Made by a program: the position numbers and the translations under genes. DNA of 64,000 nucleotides from Spongospora subterranea f. sp. subterranea (Eukaryota): NCBI GenBank assembly GCA_049724395.1, contig JAUGWO010000070.1:1-64000 (forward strand), in the 5' to 3' direction. The notes below the pieces were generated by a model. That model made no database searches. It was not told where the DNA came from and worked only from the letters and a program-made list of their open reading frames with translations. Numbering within the stretch: the stretch's first letter is position 1; every line of letters starts with the position of its first letter. Of this stretch, positions 23,713-37,390 are shown one piece after another.

Positions 23713-24585
23713 CCCAGCAGCAGCACGAATACGAACGATAACGGCACGACCAATATGATAATGAAAGTTGTGACGAGCAGTCCGTGACTTAAGACTCGGT
23801 GTGGGCTGCGCACCTGATCGGTAGGTAGCCCGGTGGGCGGTACCCGGAACCGGTCAGTTGGCGTTGGTACCGCTGTGACAACTCCGTGGCCGACATACCA
23901 AGTCACAATGTACCATCGAATCGTTGCGTTGGGCGTTTCGCGTCGTCGTTTGGAGATGCCGAGAAGGAAAGGGCCGCCTTCAGCCACAACCGGCGTTACG
24001 GCGGAGCTCGGCAGGTTGGGCTCCGATTCGCAGAAGCGAACACGCGGCCGCCGTCACAGAGGTACCAACGGACCGATGGTGGGTACCATCTGACCGGCGG
24101 TACCAATCGATCGGCGCGGGCCGCGCTGACTGTTATGTGACGGACTACGCGTCACACTGCGGCTATCATAATCGTTTTGGGACGCGCCGGTCGGTTGGTA
24201 CCGCAGGTCAGATGGTACCCACCATCGGTCCGTTGGTACCTCTGTGACGGCGGCCGCGTGTTCGCTTCTGCGAATCGGAGCCCAACCTGCCGAGCTCCGC
24301 CGTAACGCCGGTTGTGGCTGAAGGCGGCCCTTTCCTTCTCGGCATCTCCAAACGACGACGCGAAACGCCCACCACCAAAACGATTATGATAGCCGCAGTG
24401 TGACGCGCAGTCCGTCGCATAACAGTCGGCGCGGCCCACGCGTCGGTCGGTTGGTACCGCCGGTCAAATGGTACCCACCATCGGTCCGTTGGTACCTCTG
24501 TGACAAACTGCGTGGATACCAAGTACCTATATACCGACGAGGCGTTCGGTCCGTTGGTACAGTACCTCTGGGACAAACTGCGTGG

Positions 24586-24645
24586 ATACCAAGTACCAAT
24601 ATACCAACGAGGCGTTGTAATATTAACGCCTCGTTCAGTTGGTAT
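24586..24645 (-). promoter_or_regulatory. Second (mirror) copy of the TAATATTAC origin hairpin
   Basis: Stem-loop at 24606-24635; nonamer on the minus strand at 24625-24617. Confidence 0.88.
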
Positions 24646-24689
24646 GGTCCGTGACGGCCAGCCACCTTGCCACCGTTTAGAAAAACAGC

Positions 24690-27600
24690 CCTAGAGCATT
24701 TAATCTTGAGGACAAGATTGGGAAATTAGGATCTGGAAGTTTCTGATGAGGATGTGAATATTAGGGAAAATATTCCAGAGGAATTGCGAGGTGCAATGAA
24801 TGGTTTGGTTGAGCGCGCTATACAAAATGGATTACCACATCATTGAGAAAGTCGACTAAGGAAATTGGTCCATACATACGGTAATGTGTGGAGGGCATCA
24901 TTAGGTAATGATGAACCAGCTAAGGTGACACCTTTCAAGACATGCTTGAAGGATAATGTGGAACCAGTCAGGTGCAAAGCTAGGAGATACAACACAGAAC
25001 AGAATGAATTTCTGACACTTTTGTTAAGTTGTTGGTCAAATATGGATTGGTGTATGAGAACTACAATGCGGAGTGGGCTTCGCCGGTGGTAGTTGTCAGA
25101 AAACCAGGGAAACGAGGATACAGAATGTGTGTTGATCTCAGGGAAGTCAATGCATTATGCAAGGCCACAGCATGGCCAATGCCATTCTTGGAATCCATTG
25201 TTAGATACTTAGCAGGGTCTAAGTATTGGTTTTCATTAGATGCGTTCAAGGGATTTTGGATTATGCCACTTGACCAGGAGTGTCAGGAGATGAGTTCATT
25301 CATGACCGATCGTGGAGTTTACATTCCAACACGTTCGATTTAAGGAGCATTGATTTCATCTACTCAGTCTCAGGCTAGGATGCATGAAATATTTGAGGAA
25401 TTACTGTACAAGTCGTTAATCATCGGGATTGACGATATTTTAGGTCATGCGGAAACTGAGGACAAATGGTTTGAAGCACTGCAGGGGACATTGAGATTGG
25501 CGGAACAAAAAAACATCAAGTTCAATGTTAAACGATGTGATTTGTTCTTGAGGGAAGCCAAATTCTGTGGCCGCATCTTCACACCAGATGGAGTCAGTCA
25601 TGATCCAGGGAGGATATCGGCTCTCAATAAAATGCCACATCCGAAAACGGCTAGGGATTTGCAGCAATTCATGATGGCTATACAATGGATGAATAGGTCG
25701 ATTCCAGAGAATAACAAATTGATTTTACCATTGCAGGACATTTATGAAAAAGCAATGAAGAATCAGCCCAAACGGACAAAAGCAGTAGTTCGTGTTTTTT
25801 TTTTTTTTTGTGATTGAGTTTGCACTTTTCATGCAGGTCGGCCGGTCCCACGGCTATTGGGCCAAGATTCGTTTCTTCGACTCGCGTCTCAGAAGCTCCT
25901 CCCAGTATCAGGCTCGCACCCGATAAATAGACCTTCGCCGGTAGTTCAGCATTTTGGTCGACGCAAAGGGTAGTGTGGGGTTAGAATAGTCCTACATATT
26001 CCGTCCCAACTAAAAAACGTACCCGGAAAACTCTGTATCCGGGACACTAAAAATTCCCTAAGGAACACCCTTTGGCCTAACCAGGTCGCATCCTTACTAG
26101 ACAGCTCGGTTTTTGCATAGAGGTTGTCCATGTATTCCTTCCTCTTCGGCCTGTATTTAGAGAGGTAGCACCTCTTCGCTACGGTTAGGTAGCTGATTTT
26201 TTATCGAGGTTTTACTCCTCTTCGGAAAATATTTATCTAGGCTGCCTCCTCTCTCTCACTGTCTCGATCGCCGTCTGCCCTTCTTAGGATCCTGTTCATT
26301 TCTTGCGGGTATTCCCACAGTGCATTTTCTGCTCGTGTATTCGGATTCGGGTTCCTGTGGTTCTAGATGTAGCACCTCTTTTTCACTGCCCTTCTTAGGA
26401 TCCTGTTCATTTCTTGCGGGTATTCCCACAGTGCATTTTCAAATGATGAGGTGTTCAAACCTTTGTACACTTTCCTGACTTTACTCAACTTTCCTTGTAA
26501 CGCCTTGCAGTGTAACACCTGATGTTCAATCGTCTCTATTTCCGTATTACACCATCTGCATATGTTACTGTCATCCATATTCAGGTTCTTCAGGTGATTT
26601 CTTGCACAAGAGTGCCCAGTTCTTGCTCTGTTGAGAAGCGGGGTTGTAGGTTCAATCTTCCTTTCGTTTAGCGTCATTAATATCTTAAATTTATCCCTTT
26701 CTGGGTATCCTTTGAATCTGCTAGCTTGAACTCGTTCTTTGATGTAATCTTTAAGGTTTTCTCTCTCTCTTTTCTTAAGATGCAGTTTGAACGATGATAT
26801 AAATGGGTCATGTTGAATTTCATCGCCGTCCATCGATGCTTGCTTTGCTAGTTGATCAATGTCATCGCTGTGTCCTATGGGGACTTTCATCTCGTCTTCA
26901 TTATTGTTGTCGTTTTCCACGTGATTTGGTATAAAGTGTATATCCACCATGTTTTCTTTTGTTAATTTCGCTAATTTATCTGCACATTCCGCAACGATAG
27001 CGTTCACTCTCCTTGGTTTTATCGGTAAGGATTGTAGTTGACTCATCCATGATAAGGAATCTGTCATTATGTGGATATGTCTTCCCTCATAGTTCTGGTC
27101 TACAGCTATATCTAGTCCACTATTCAGTGCAATAATCTCACATTCATATGATGATGTCACTTCTGTTCCTAGTTTAACGGTAAGTATCTCTTCGTTGGTC
27201 TCGCCTTTTTCATCTCTATTTGTATAATCAATTAGCAGAGCTGCCGCTCCTCCGCCAACATCCTTATTAAAACTCCCATCTGTCCATAGTTCGATATCTG
27301 GGTTTGTCGGCAATAGCTTTCCTTTTTTGTGTTTTTTGATTGCTTTTTCCCTATTTGAGGAATGGTATTTGACCTTATATAATCCCTCCAATATTCGTGC
27401 TGGTATATCAGTCCTAGTATGAACTGCATCATATGTGTCAGGTACTCTCTCTTTGAGTGCTTTCCATACCTCCCCTAATGGGGTCCATCCATCGCCATCT
27501 CCATTCCAGGCAGCATATTCACTTCCTAATAATGTGCCATTTGCCTGTGCTGAAAGTACTGTCATTGTTGTCTCTGTGATTATTCTATCCTTTAATAATG

Positions 27601-30600
27601 GGAATCGTGATATCGCATGTAATAATGGGATTGGTGTCGATGGGAAACATCCTGTATATGTTCTCATATAGTCTCTATATGCAATTTCCATCGGGTTCAG
27701 AGTGGTCTTCATGGTTTGGTGTATTTCCGCTGCAAGCCATGGCAGGTAGTAATTGAGTTTTCCGCCTATGAATCCTCGACATATTTTTTGAAAGGTCGAA
27801 ACTGGAATTCCATATTTTCGTAGCCCTCTCATTAATTTGCATCTGGTTTTAATGTCCTTTGCTACTTCTTTGAGATCGATTTGATTGTTGAGTGGTGATT
27901 CTCATCATTTGCTCTTAAGGTTGCCCCTAAATACTTGATTGTGTCTGTTGTTTTGATTTTATGCTCGTTGACAGTTATTTGGTCTCTATGAGCATGTTCA
28001 TTGAATAATAAGTGGGTTTTCAGCCATTGTATCTTAATGTGGTTTGCTGTGCACCAGCTTTGCAGCTTTGAACTCTCTGCCCTCAGTTGATTTTTTACTT
28101 CCCATTTGGTTGAATCTGTTGCCCATTGTGTGGTATCATCTACATAAACATTACTATTGACCGTTTCTATTGGTGCATCGTAGATATATATAATCCATAA
28201 TAAGACGCTAATACTGGATCCTTGAGGGATTCCGTTCTCTTGATAATGCGGCTCTGTAATATTTTTCCTGTGGCACACGTGGAATATTCGCTTTGTCAAC
28301 CATTGGTCGATCAATAATATTAGGTATGAGTCTATTCCCATATTTCTCATCTTTCGTACTAGTAGTGTTCTCTGTACTCTGTCAAAGGCTTTCATAAAGT
28401 CATATACAATTAGGGCGAATTGTTGTTCTTTAGCAGCTGCTAATCCTGCATTATGCAGCAATCTTAACAATGCATGCGTAGTACTATGAGCGGGTCTGCA
28501 CCCGAATTGGTTATCAGGTATGTGCTTTTCCGCTTGGTGTCTTATTCTGTGTTCAATAATCCCTTCTACCAGTTTGGCTATATTAGGCAATAATGATATC
28601 GGTCTATATTCACCTGGTTTATCTTTAGGTAATGGTCTGATTTTCGCTATTTTCATATCTTGTGGGAAGTATCCTAAATCTATAATATCGTTATTAATTG
28701 AATTCAGCAACGCGTATTTGTTCATATCATTTTTGCATAATTCTTTGATGAGACTATTCGGTATTCCATCAATTCCTCCTGCTGATTTCCTATTGGCCTT
28801 AACAACTGCCCTTTCTAGCTCTCTCAAAGTAATCTTTTCCGGTGGTTGAGAGATTCTCTCTTTCCATAGTTTTTCAATGAGTAGATCGGAACCGCTGTTC
28901 ACGCTGTTCATGCTCATTGAGGTTAAGGTCTGCTTCGCTGTAGATTGCCTCAAAACTGTCAGCTATTTTTTCCGCTTCATCTTTTGCATCAACTTTCTGT
29001 GTTTCGTACTTTCGTCTCCGTTTGTTGGTTTGAGGACTTATCTTCTTTACCAGGCTCCATATTTTGGCTCCTGTTTCGTCCATACATGCCTGTTTAACTT
29101 CCGTTCTAAGGCTTGCATTTTTCGCTTTCTGAAATTGTTTCCTCAATGATATTTCCGCTTTTCGCATTTCGGTGTGCTGCCGTGCAATAAATTGCTGGCT
29201 TTTGCATTTCAGTATGGCTTCCTGGTGTTTGCGCTTGAGTTTATTTCGCAAGTTTAACGCAATTTTGAGTTTCGTGGTCCAGAATTTGCATCTATTCTGT
29301 CTAACATATTTGTGCTTAATGCTATTTTGCAATAGGTCAATGAAAGCTGTTAGTCCCATGTTCTTGCTTTCAACATTCTGCAGTTCCTCTTCTAACGCTT
29401 TCGTTGTCGCTCGTGTGTCAATTCGTTGTATTCTTTTACGGCTAGGGGGAATCCTTTGCGTCGATTTTCTTCTAATTGTAGTATCTATTGTTGTCGGTGA
29501 ATGGTCACTGCCTAGCTCTGCGTGCACGTCCCATTGTAAGATCTCCTTTGCCATCTGTCGATTGGCAATGGTGATATCTAATGAGTTGTTTCCTCTTGTT
29601 GGGCGTTCCGGGTTGTTCATCAATTTGCATTCTTCCAATATGCTGTCTAGGTATTTGTGAGTTTCGTCATGGTGGATTCCAAACCGTCTATCTTTGGTGT
29701 TGAGGTCACCTGTTAGAAGTATCGGTTCATCTCGCATTTCTACGAATTTGCCGATTTGTTTCCAATATGTTTTTCTAGTATTTCGATCTATATCCGGTGG
29801 TATATATATGTGAATTAATATCATTTCACTATATATTTTTACTATTTGTGTCATGATTCCGTCGTTCCCAAACGTTTGTATTGCAGGAATGCGCATCACA
29901 TCTACATTTACATGGTCCCTCCAAAAAATTCCAGCTTGGGTGTACCGGTCATCGGCTTCGTGGTTTGGGAAATCGTCTATTTGGCGTCTATGGTGAAGTT
30001 CTGATATACATATTACATCGACGCGGTTGGTGTTAGCAAATCGAGACAGTTCTTTTGATTTTTGTTCGCTTAGGGAGCAGGCGTTCCATTGAGCGATTTT
30101 TAAGCTCCTGGTTGTTCTTATTTTTCTGGTTTTGGTATTGGTTTTCATGAAATATTGAGTTATTTTCATCTGCCGTTTGTGTGTTTTAGTTCCGTTCAGG
30201 TTTTTGTCCGATGTGTCTGCTATATTGTCTTCCTTGTTGTCTGGTTCTAGTATATTTCCGATCAATTTGTTGAGTTCGTAGTGGCTCATCTGGCTTGTTG
30301 GTGTCTGTTTTGAGGCTGTTTTTCGCGCTGTTTCATTGTCTGCAACTTCTTTGCATTGGCGCTCGCTGTTGGTAAGCCGTCTTTTATACTGCGTTTCAGT
30401 GCCGTCCTTATCTATCAGCAATGTTCGCTTTTTTGTGCAGATTTGTTTAGAGTGCGTTTGATGTTTTTCATATTTGGCACGTTGAGTGGGTTGGTCGTCG
30501 GAATCGTCGCATGATCGGTGCCTTTTCGGATTTATGTTTTTATCGTGTCTCATCGTTTTGTCTAGCGATGGTTTTATCATAAATTGCTGTTTGGAATTAT

Positions 30601-32894
30601 CATTTCTAACATTTTGCGTTGCTGAGCTGTCTGTTTTGTTTGATAATTTGTACTGATCAATGTAAAGGTCACATTTGTCTGGTGTCATCATACCGCTATT
30701 ATTCCATTCACTAGCCGTCAGTAGTTCGTGGTGTGATATTAAACCGACATGGATGGGAAGACATTCATATCGATGCTTTTAAAAACATTAAAGGCGCAAC
30801 TGCTAGGAAAACGCAGCTGAGTTATCCAATGAAGGATAAGGTTCAATGTGTATTCACTGATGCCAGTGAATTTCATGCCTCAGGGATGGTCACTCAAATT
30901 CCTATTGGGGATATTGGGAAACCGAATGAACAGGGACACGAACCGTTGGGATTTGTAGGACATAGGTTCAATGGATCTGAACTGAATTGGTCTACACCGG
31001 ATAAGGAAGACTTTGCAATATGGGACACGTTGAAGAATTTGGATTACTTACTTCAAATTGGAGACACTCCATTCAGGATATACACAGATCATAAAAAATC
31101 TGGCGGCCATGTATAGTCCAACTACCTAGGTGCACCAAACAGGCTGGGCAACGTCTGGAGCGGTGGGGAATGGAGATCAGGAAGTTCAACTATACGGTTG
31201 AACACATAGCTGGTGAGCAAACGTCTGGGCAGACTTAATGACCAGATGGGGATCGTCAATTATGGATGATTTGATGCTTGATCAGGAAATTACCCCAAAC
31301 CAAAGGAGAAATGGGATCAGGGTTAATCGCATTGGAATGGAACCGGGATCGAATGAGGAGTCGATTAATGTTAGCCAATATAGGGTCAGGCCAATGGATG
31401 AGCGAACGTTTGTGTTCCCTAATGAACAGGAAATAGGCACAGAACAAACGAATAAGCTAAGGAAAAGGAACAGGAAAACCTTAGACAAACTAACGGATTG
31501 TTTGTGAATGATCAGGGACAGATTGTTATTCCGTCTGGTAGTCGGGATTTAAGGTTAAGGATATGTGTTATTGCACATATGGGTGCACGTAATGGTCATA
31601 ATGGAATCAATTCGACGGCACAATTGATTAAGGAACGGTTTTACTGGACCAATATGATCGAGGACGTGAGAACTATCTGCAAGGAATGCTTGCATTGCGT
31701 TCCCAGCAGAGGTGGTGAGCAGGTGCCACGACCACTAGGAGAAGCATGTCATGGATGCAGACCTAATCAAGTATTACACTTTGATTACCTGTATATGATG
31801 CCGCTTAAGGAGGGTGCATATCATGATTTCCAATGGCTATTAGTAATCAGGGATGATGTGTCAGGATTGGTGCATATGACGCCTGTCAATACACCAGACA
31901 CAGATGCGACAGTGGATGCTCTCATGGAATGGAGATCCAAATTTGGGACTCCAGAGGTGTTGTCTCGGATCAGGCATCATACTTTATGTCGGAAATCATG
32001 AGGGGATTTGCAGCAAAATGTGGTGTGGAACAGCATTGGACTACTGCCTACACACATTACCCGAATGGATCCATCGAGGTAATCAACAAACTGATATTAT
32101 CTGCATTCAGGTGTGTTATATCAGAGTTGAGATGGAATAAGGAAGATTGGCCATTGCTGATCAAGGCGATTGAGCATGGGCTTAATCATAAACCACAGAA
32201 ACGGTTGGGTTGGAGAGCGCCAGTTACGGTTCATACTGGAGCCAAGGCAGATAATCCAGTGGAACTAATATTTAAGAAACCTGGGACAGGTGTGGAACAC
32301 ATCAATGATATATCATTGAATAGTGGGCAAATAGGGATCATGGTAGAGCAATTGCAGGTCAACTAGCTCAAATGCATAAGGAAGTGCTGGGAGTGACAAA
32401 TTCTGAGAGGCATCAGAAGAGGAATAAGGCATCAACTGGAAGATTGAAACCTAATTTCGGGATTGGCGATTATGTATTAACCAGTCCTAATGTCACAAAA
32501 TCAGGCGATAAACTATATTTGAAATGGAAGGGACCATATCAGATTATAGAATCAAAAAAAGGATACGTATTCAAGGTTAGGAACCTGATTACGGATACGC
32601 ATAAGGTTTTATGCAGATTAAGACCTTAACGTCACGGAAGAGATGACAACTCAGTTTTCATTTGACAATGCAACATTTGAGGCAGAAAGGATTCTGAAAA
32701 TCAGATTGGATCAGGAAACCCAGCAATTACAAGGATTTGTTAAATGGCTAGGATTTTCTGAGTCGGAGAACTCATGGGAACCACTGATTACCCTCAAGAA
32801 TGATGCACCAACATTAATAACGGAATCTATTCAGGAAAATAGGGATCATTCGTTGTTTGCTCCTCGAGGACGACACTCAGTAAGTCAATATTGA
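24690..32894 (+). mobile_element. Gypsy/chromovirus pol remnant (RT, RNase H, integrase, chromodomain), split by a LINE
   Basis: RT 25029-25794; RNase H VFTDAS/YTDHK 30733-31116; integrase zinc finger H..H..C..C and core 31498-32366; KWKGPY; chromodomain VKWLGFSESENSWEP. No LTRs identified. Confidence 0.9.
25795..30718 (-). mobile_element. 5'-truncated LINE encoding APE-RT-RNase H-Zn finger, with poly-A tail and 12-bp TSD
   Basis: TSD CAGTAGTTCGTG at 25783-25794 and 30719-30730; poly-T 25795-25809. ORF pieces 28874-30691 (APE), 27862-28953 (RT: YRPISLL, GIPQGS, YVDD) and 26363-27832 (RNase H), joined by frameshifts. Confidence 0.95.
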
Positions 32895-32899
32895 CCCAA

Positions 32900-35750
32900 A
32901 CTTTAAAAGATGAGATTATACCTTTTCATTATCATCACCCTCCACTTAAAGCCGATCACTCATCCAAAAGAAACCAGATAAATCATCATCGCAACCGCAG
33001 AACTTGATCTCACAATGATCACATCTACACGCACGTCTTGCACTTTACGAGGATTCCTGCCGACGATACGATCCTAATCGAACAGCCTGAACATCACGCT
33101 CTTGGAATCGATCCGAATACCCTCCTCAGCCAAAGACTATCAATATTCCCGGAAATCATCTCTTCTTGACGCAACAGAGCCTGACACTGAGCTCTGTGGT
33201 TGAATTTCCCCAGGATGACCCAGGTGATGATTATGAGGTGGATATTGGGGAGTCAACAAAGAGCGAACTTACCCAAGTCATTGAAAACATGATATCACGA
33301 GCTGTACAAGACGGCTTCGGCCAGACGAACAAGAAACGACTCGCTGATCTCGTTCTAAAACACTCCGACATATGGCGCATCAAACTAGGACGAGACCCAC
33401 CCGCTAAGGTCGAACCAATGAAGCGATATTTTAAACCGTTTGTCCACATGTTCGGCTTTTCATGCACGAAAACGGTCTCATCTATAGGAACCCACACGCC
33501 CGATCGGCATCATCATGTTTGGCTGTTGCCAAAAAGGACACTGCTGTCAGGGGCTACCGCCTTTGTATTGATACCAAGGCTGTGAATTCGACATCTGAAC
33601 GGACCATTTGACCCATGTCTCATCTAGACATTGTTTTATCATATCTCCGCCAACGCCTCTTCGTTCATATTACTGGACACGTTCAAGGGATATTGGCAAT
33701 TTCCTCTCGATCCAGACTCTCGGGAGCGTTGTTCATTCATGACACACGAGGCGGTTTTACGCCAACACAAATTATCCAGGGTTTGGCCGATGCAGTGTTT
33801 GCGTTCCAATCATGGATGCAACAGGTGTTAGGAAATCTTCTCTGCCAATGTGTGCTATTTTGGATCGACGATCTGCTAGGTTATCAAGCACCATTGCCGA
33901 ACATTTCTGAAGTGCTCGACAAACTACTCACTCGGATAGCAAGGAACAATATTAAGCTGAACCCTCATCGATGTCATTTATTTCTTCGTTCCGTCAAATG
34001 GTGCGGACGAATCATATCAGCAGGAGGCATGAGTTTTGACACCGATATGGTCAATGCGCTTTCTAATCTTAATTATCCTTCAACCGTAGCAGATCTACAA
34101 CAGTTTCCTCTTTGCCACAAATTGGCTCCGATCATGTATTCCTCGGAATACTGAACTGAACTGATCCATCCTCTACAATTACTTCTTTAGGAGTGTTCGA
34201 AACAGGCAAAAAGCTTTTCAAAATCTCAACTTCGCCAAATCAACCTTTCGCACCAAAACAGATGGAACGCCACTCACCCGTCCTGTATTGATCGTATGCG
34301 AACTGCTCTACATGAACTGATGACTCTTGCTCATGCCAAACACGATTATCGTCTCTGTTTTTTTCCAGATGCTTCTAAGGATGTCCGGCCCGTTTTTTTC
34401 TTTCTCAGATTTTCGCCGAAGACATTCAGAAAGAGTTCATCTCACAACGACATGAACCTCTGGCTTTCATCGAAGGCGCTTTCAAAGGGAAGTCAACTAC
34501 GATGGGCTACTATCGAGAAAGAAGGCTTTCCAATCGTATAAGGTATACACCGTTTACTCCATTTTCTACATACCAAACATACGTTTACCATATTCATTGA
34601 TCATCGAAATTTGTTTATATCCTCGATCCCACTTCACGAACGTCGTCGATTGCTCGTCATTCAGAAGATCGTTTTAGCACGGTGGAAATGCAATTGAGCC
34701 AGCGTCATTTCGATATTACTCATACTCCTGGTGAGGACAATCACTGGGCTGGTCTAGGAACGCGTTCTGGTATATCTCCCCCTCGAACCCATTATTCCCG
34801 CTTCGCCGCTTGTTGCCAAACGACTTCGTATCCCGTTCGAATCATACCGTATCACGAATGATTTAGTTTGACCTTCTCTGTTCGATATATCTCGATCTCA
34901 GCAGACATTCGTTTCTGACCATGCCTGTCCCATCAACAACGGCAAGTTAATTCTCGCAGGGAGCGATACAATTCTCCATTTTGACACCGACACTAATTTA
35001 TGGATGTCTCCTACTGGTCAGGTCTGGACACCTGAAATCAGTTTTCAGATCATTGTTTGCGTTATTGCCCATATGGGTATTTCAAGTCATTTCGTCGCCG
35101 ATTCCACAATATCGGCTATATCGAAATACTTCTGGTGGCCCGATGACTGTTTTTGTCTCGGATTTCGTAAATCACTGTTTGCATTGCCTTCGGGTGAAGA
35201 ACACTGTGAATCCTCGACTCGCCCTACATACCGAGAAACCAAACCACGTTCTGTATAATGATTTTCTATATATCCACAAGAATAGTAAGAAGTTCTGACA
35301 TTCATACCAGTACGTTCTTGTTATCAAAGATGATTTTAGCAGCTTTGTTGAATTGATTCCTCGCGTTTCCGCCGATCATAACACTGTCGTGAAAGGACTT
35401 CTGAACTGGTTCAAACGTTTCGGAATCGAATTCACTCACGTGTCTGATCATGGATCGCACTTCAAAAATAAGGTTATCAACGAACTGCGTTCTCGTCTCC
35501 ACATCCATCATCATATCACGACCGCTTATTCGCCCTGGGCGAATGGTAGTGTTGAAATTGTGAACAGACATATTCTATGTTTTACAATTGCTATGCAGCG
35601 AGATGAATTTGAATATCTCAAGATTGGCCGAATTTGATCTATATCGTCAATATGGCCATTTACCATAAGATCAGACCACGTATCAAGTTCGCGCCATCAA
35701 ATTTTCACAGGTTTACTGCCTATTACTCATGTACAGTCCAATGCGCCGAT
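32900..35750 (+). mobile_element. Second, more degraded Gypsy pol remnant
   Basis: DIWRIKLGRDPPAKVEP, LDTFKGYWQF, WIDDLL, FPDAS, WATIEKEGF, SDHGSHF and AYSPWANGSVE motifs across broken frames. Confidence 0.85.
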
Positions 35751-37390
35751 GCAATGAAGTTCAGTAAAAGTTTATGGTTTCAGATGGAAGGGTGAAGAAA
35801 CCACCAGACGTACTCACTCGACAGCAACTCGAAGCATCTTGTCATCGAATCATATCTTATGACATCGTGAACAAAAGGTGCACCTTTCCTGCAAACTGTT
35901 TATGCCGAGTGTCGTTTCTCAAACACTTCGGTTAGACGCATTCTGCTAAACAATATACAGAACAATGACAAACTGCTCCTTGTGTGTTAACACATAGTGA
36001 TTATATAAATCTTCCCATTAAATGCCATTTCAAATGCGGAGAACGCAGCACCAGCCACTCGGAAGAACTTCAAAACCGGCGCTCGTTGGTAGCCATTCTT
36101 ACAATTATTTGTCATGATTGAGGTCTGGAGGGCAGTTTTATTCACCAGCGAGCAAATGGCACCTTGTCTTTGCTGTCCAGAAACGCGTCCTTCAATATTT
36201 GCTTGTGCTCCATTGAACAGGGTCGACCTCCCTTGCTCCTTTGGCTCGTTTCTTGCAGGCGACTATAGCCCTGACCGGTGTTATAAAACGGCTTGTAAAA
36301 CCCCTGATCGACAAGCTGCAATATGCCATGAAGATGGCTCACTCACATTATTTAACCTAAGGTAGACATTGTCATAACACTGCCCAAAACACTTGCACAA
36401 CCGGACTTGCTTTGAACCTCTGTTCTCCTTACCTGAATATGTCTTTGTGCTATATGAGATGCCCCATTTAGAAATATAATTACACTTAAACAGCCTCAAT
36501 GCCAGTTAGAAAGCGGCCATGTCCAGCTGGCGCCAAATTAGGGTATTTTGGCGTCTTGCGATCAGGCCTTGTAATGTGAAGCATATTGAGAGTTTGCGAT
36601 ATTGTGGATTGGCGGTCGTCAAGTTTCTACAAATGACACGGTTTTAGGGTAATACCTGATTACGTCCCTTGGTTCGGGTAGTGCTGTCGTTGAATAGTCT
36701 TTGCCCATGTTCAGCGTCTGTAGGGTGATCATGATTCTGTGGGATACTGAAATGGTGACGAGTGATACGTTTGTACGTGGTCGGGATCTAAACCCTTTAT
36801 AATGTGTCGACGACCTTACAACAACCGACACCTGCTATATTATCAGCCTTTATTAACGGTTAGGGGTATTACAGTCCGGGTCCGATAGTTAATATTGTGA
36901 TATGCTGTAGAGGGTGATCCATGAGACCTGGAATACCATCGGGATGAGTTATGGCCATGAGACAATCAGGTCGGTATCTGACCAGGAATAAGGCATATGA
37001 TGGGACGGCACCCTCCATAATTACATGCCAATGGTCACCGTCTTCACTATCGGGTTGAAGGAACCGCAAGTAGAGGAATGACAGGGTCACGCTCGCTACA
37101 ATAAACCTGGCCGATATTCTGAAACCTCGAGACCATAAATGACTTTCGCCTTACAATGCATTGCCAGTGACGCCTTTGATCGGCACCAAACCGAAAAGGA
37201 ATCCGGCCAGGAGACTAAAAAATTGCCTGGGCCAGTGCAGGGCATTGGACAGCTCCTCCTGAGAGGAAAGAGCAATTAGCGGCGAGCTGGAGACGTGGTA
37301 AGACGCTGTGCCTGCGTCCATGATTGGCCGGATTTGGTTGCCTTGTTCCATAGGATGGCAGACATCGGATCGGGAAGGCGGCGACCAAGA

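Larger units (their letters stand above)
16450..24670. mobile_element. Endogenous CRESS-DNA-virus-like / HUH rolling-circle element array (origins plus multiple Rep 5' fragments), with a Copia insertion in the middle
   Basis: TAATATTAC hairpins, TTGGTAY/GGTAC repeats and Rep motif I plus pre-motif II fragments. Left and right boundaries are approximate. Confidence 0.85.
13234..27890. repeat. ~14.7-kb nested inverted duplication (outer arms ~13234-17700 and ~23370-27890)
   Basis: Mirror ORF pairs, e.g. 15305-15769(-)/25350-25817(+) and 16454-16735(+)/24384-24665(-), coordinate sum ~41119. Inner palindromes are centred at ~16965, ~17890 and ~21440. Confidence 0.95.

Noticed and set aside
16450..24670. 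Helitron or complete virus genome interpretation
   Set aside because: No RepHel/PIF1 helicase, TC...CTRR ends, capsid, motif III or SF3 helicase found; the motifs present are geminivirus-type and only 5' fragments exist.
16425..24694. Dozens of short overlapping GC-rich ORFs
   Set aside because: They are alternative-frame or antisense readings of the Rep fragments and their leaders; only the Rep frame carries recognisable motifs.
35760..37390. Short ORFs between the Gypsy remnant and the 87-bp array
   Set aside because: No motif I could confidently assign; probably decayed TE sequence.
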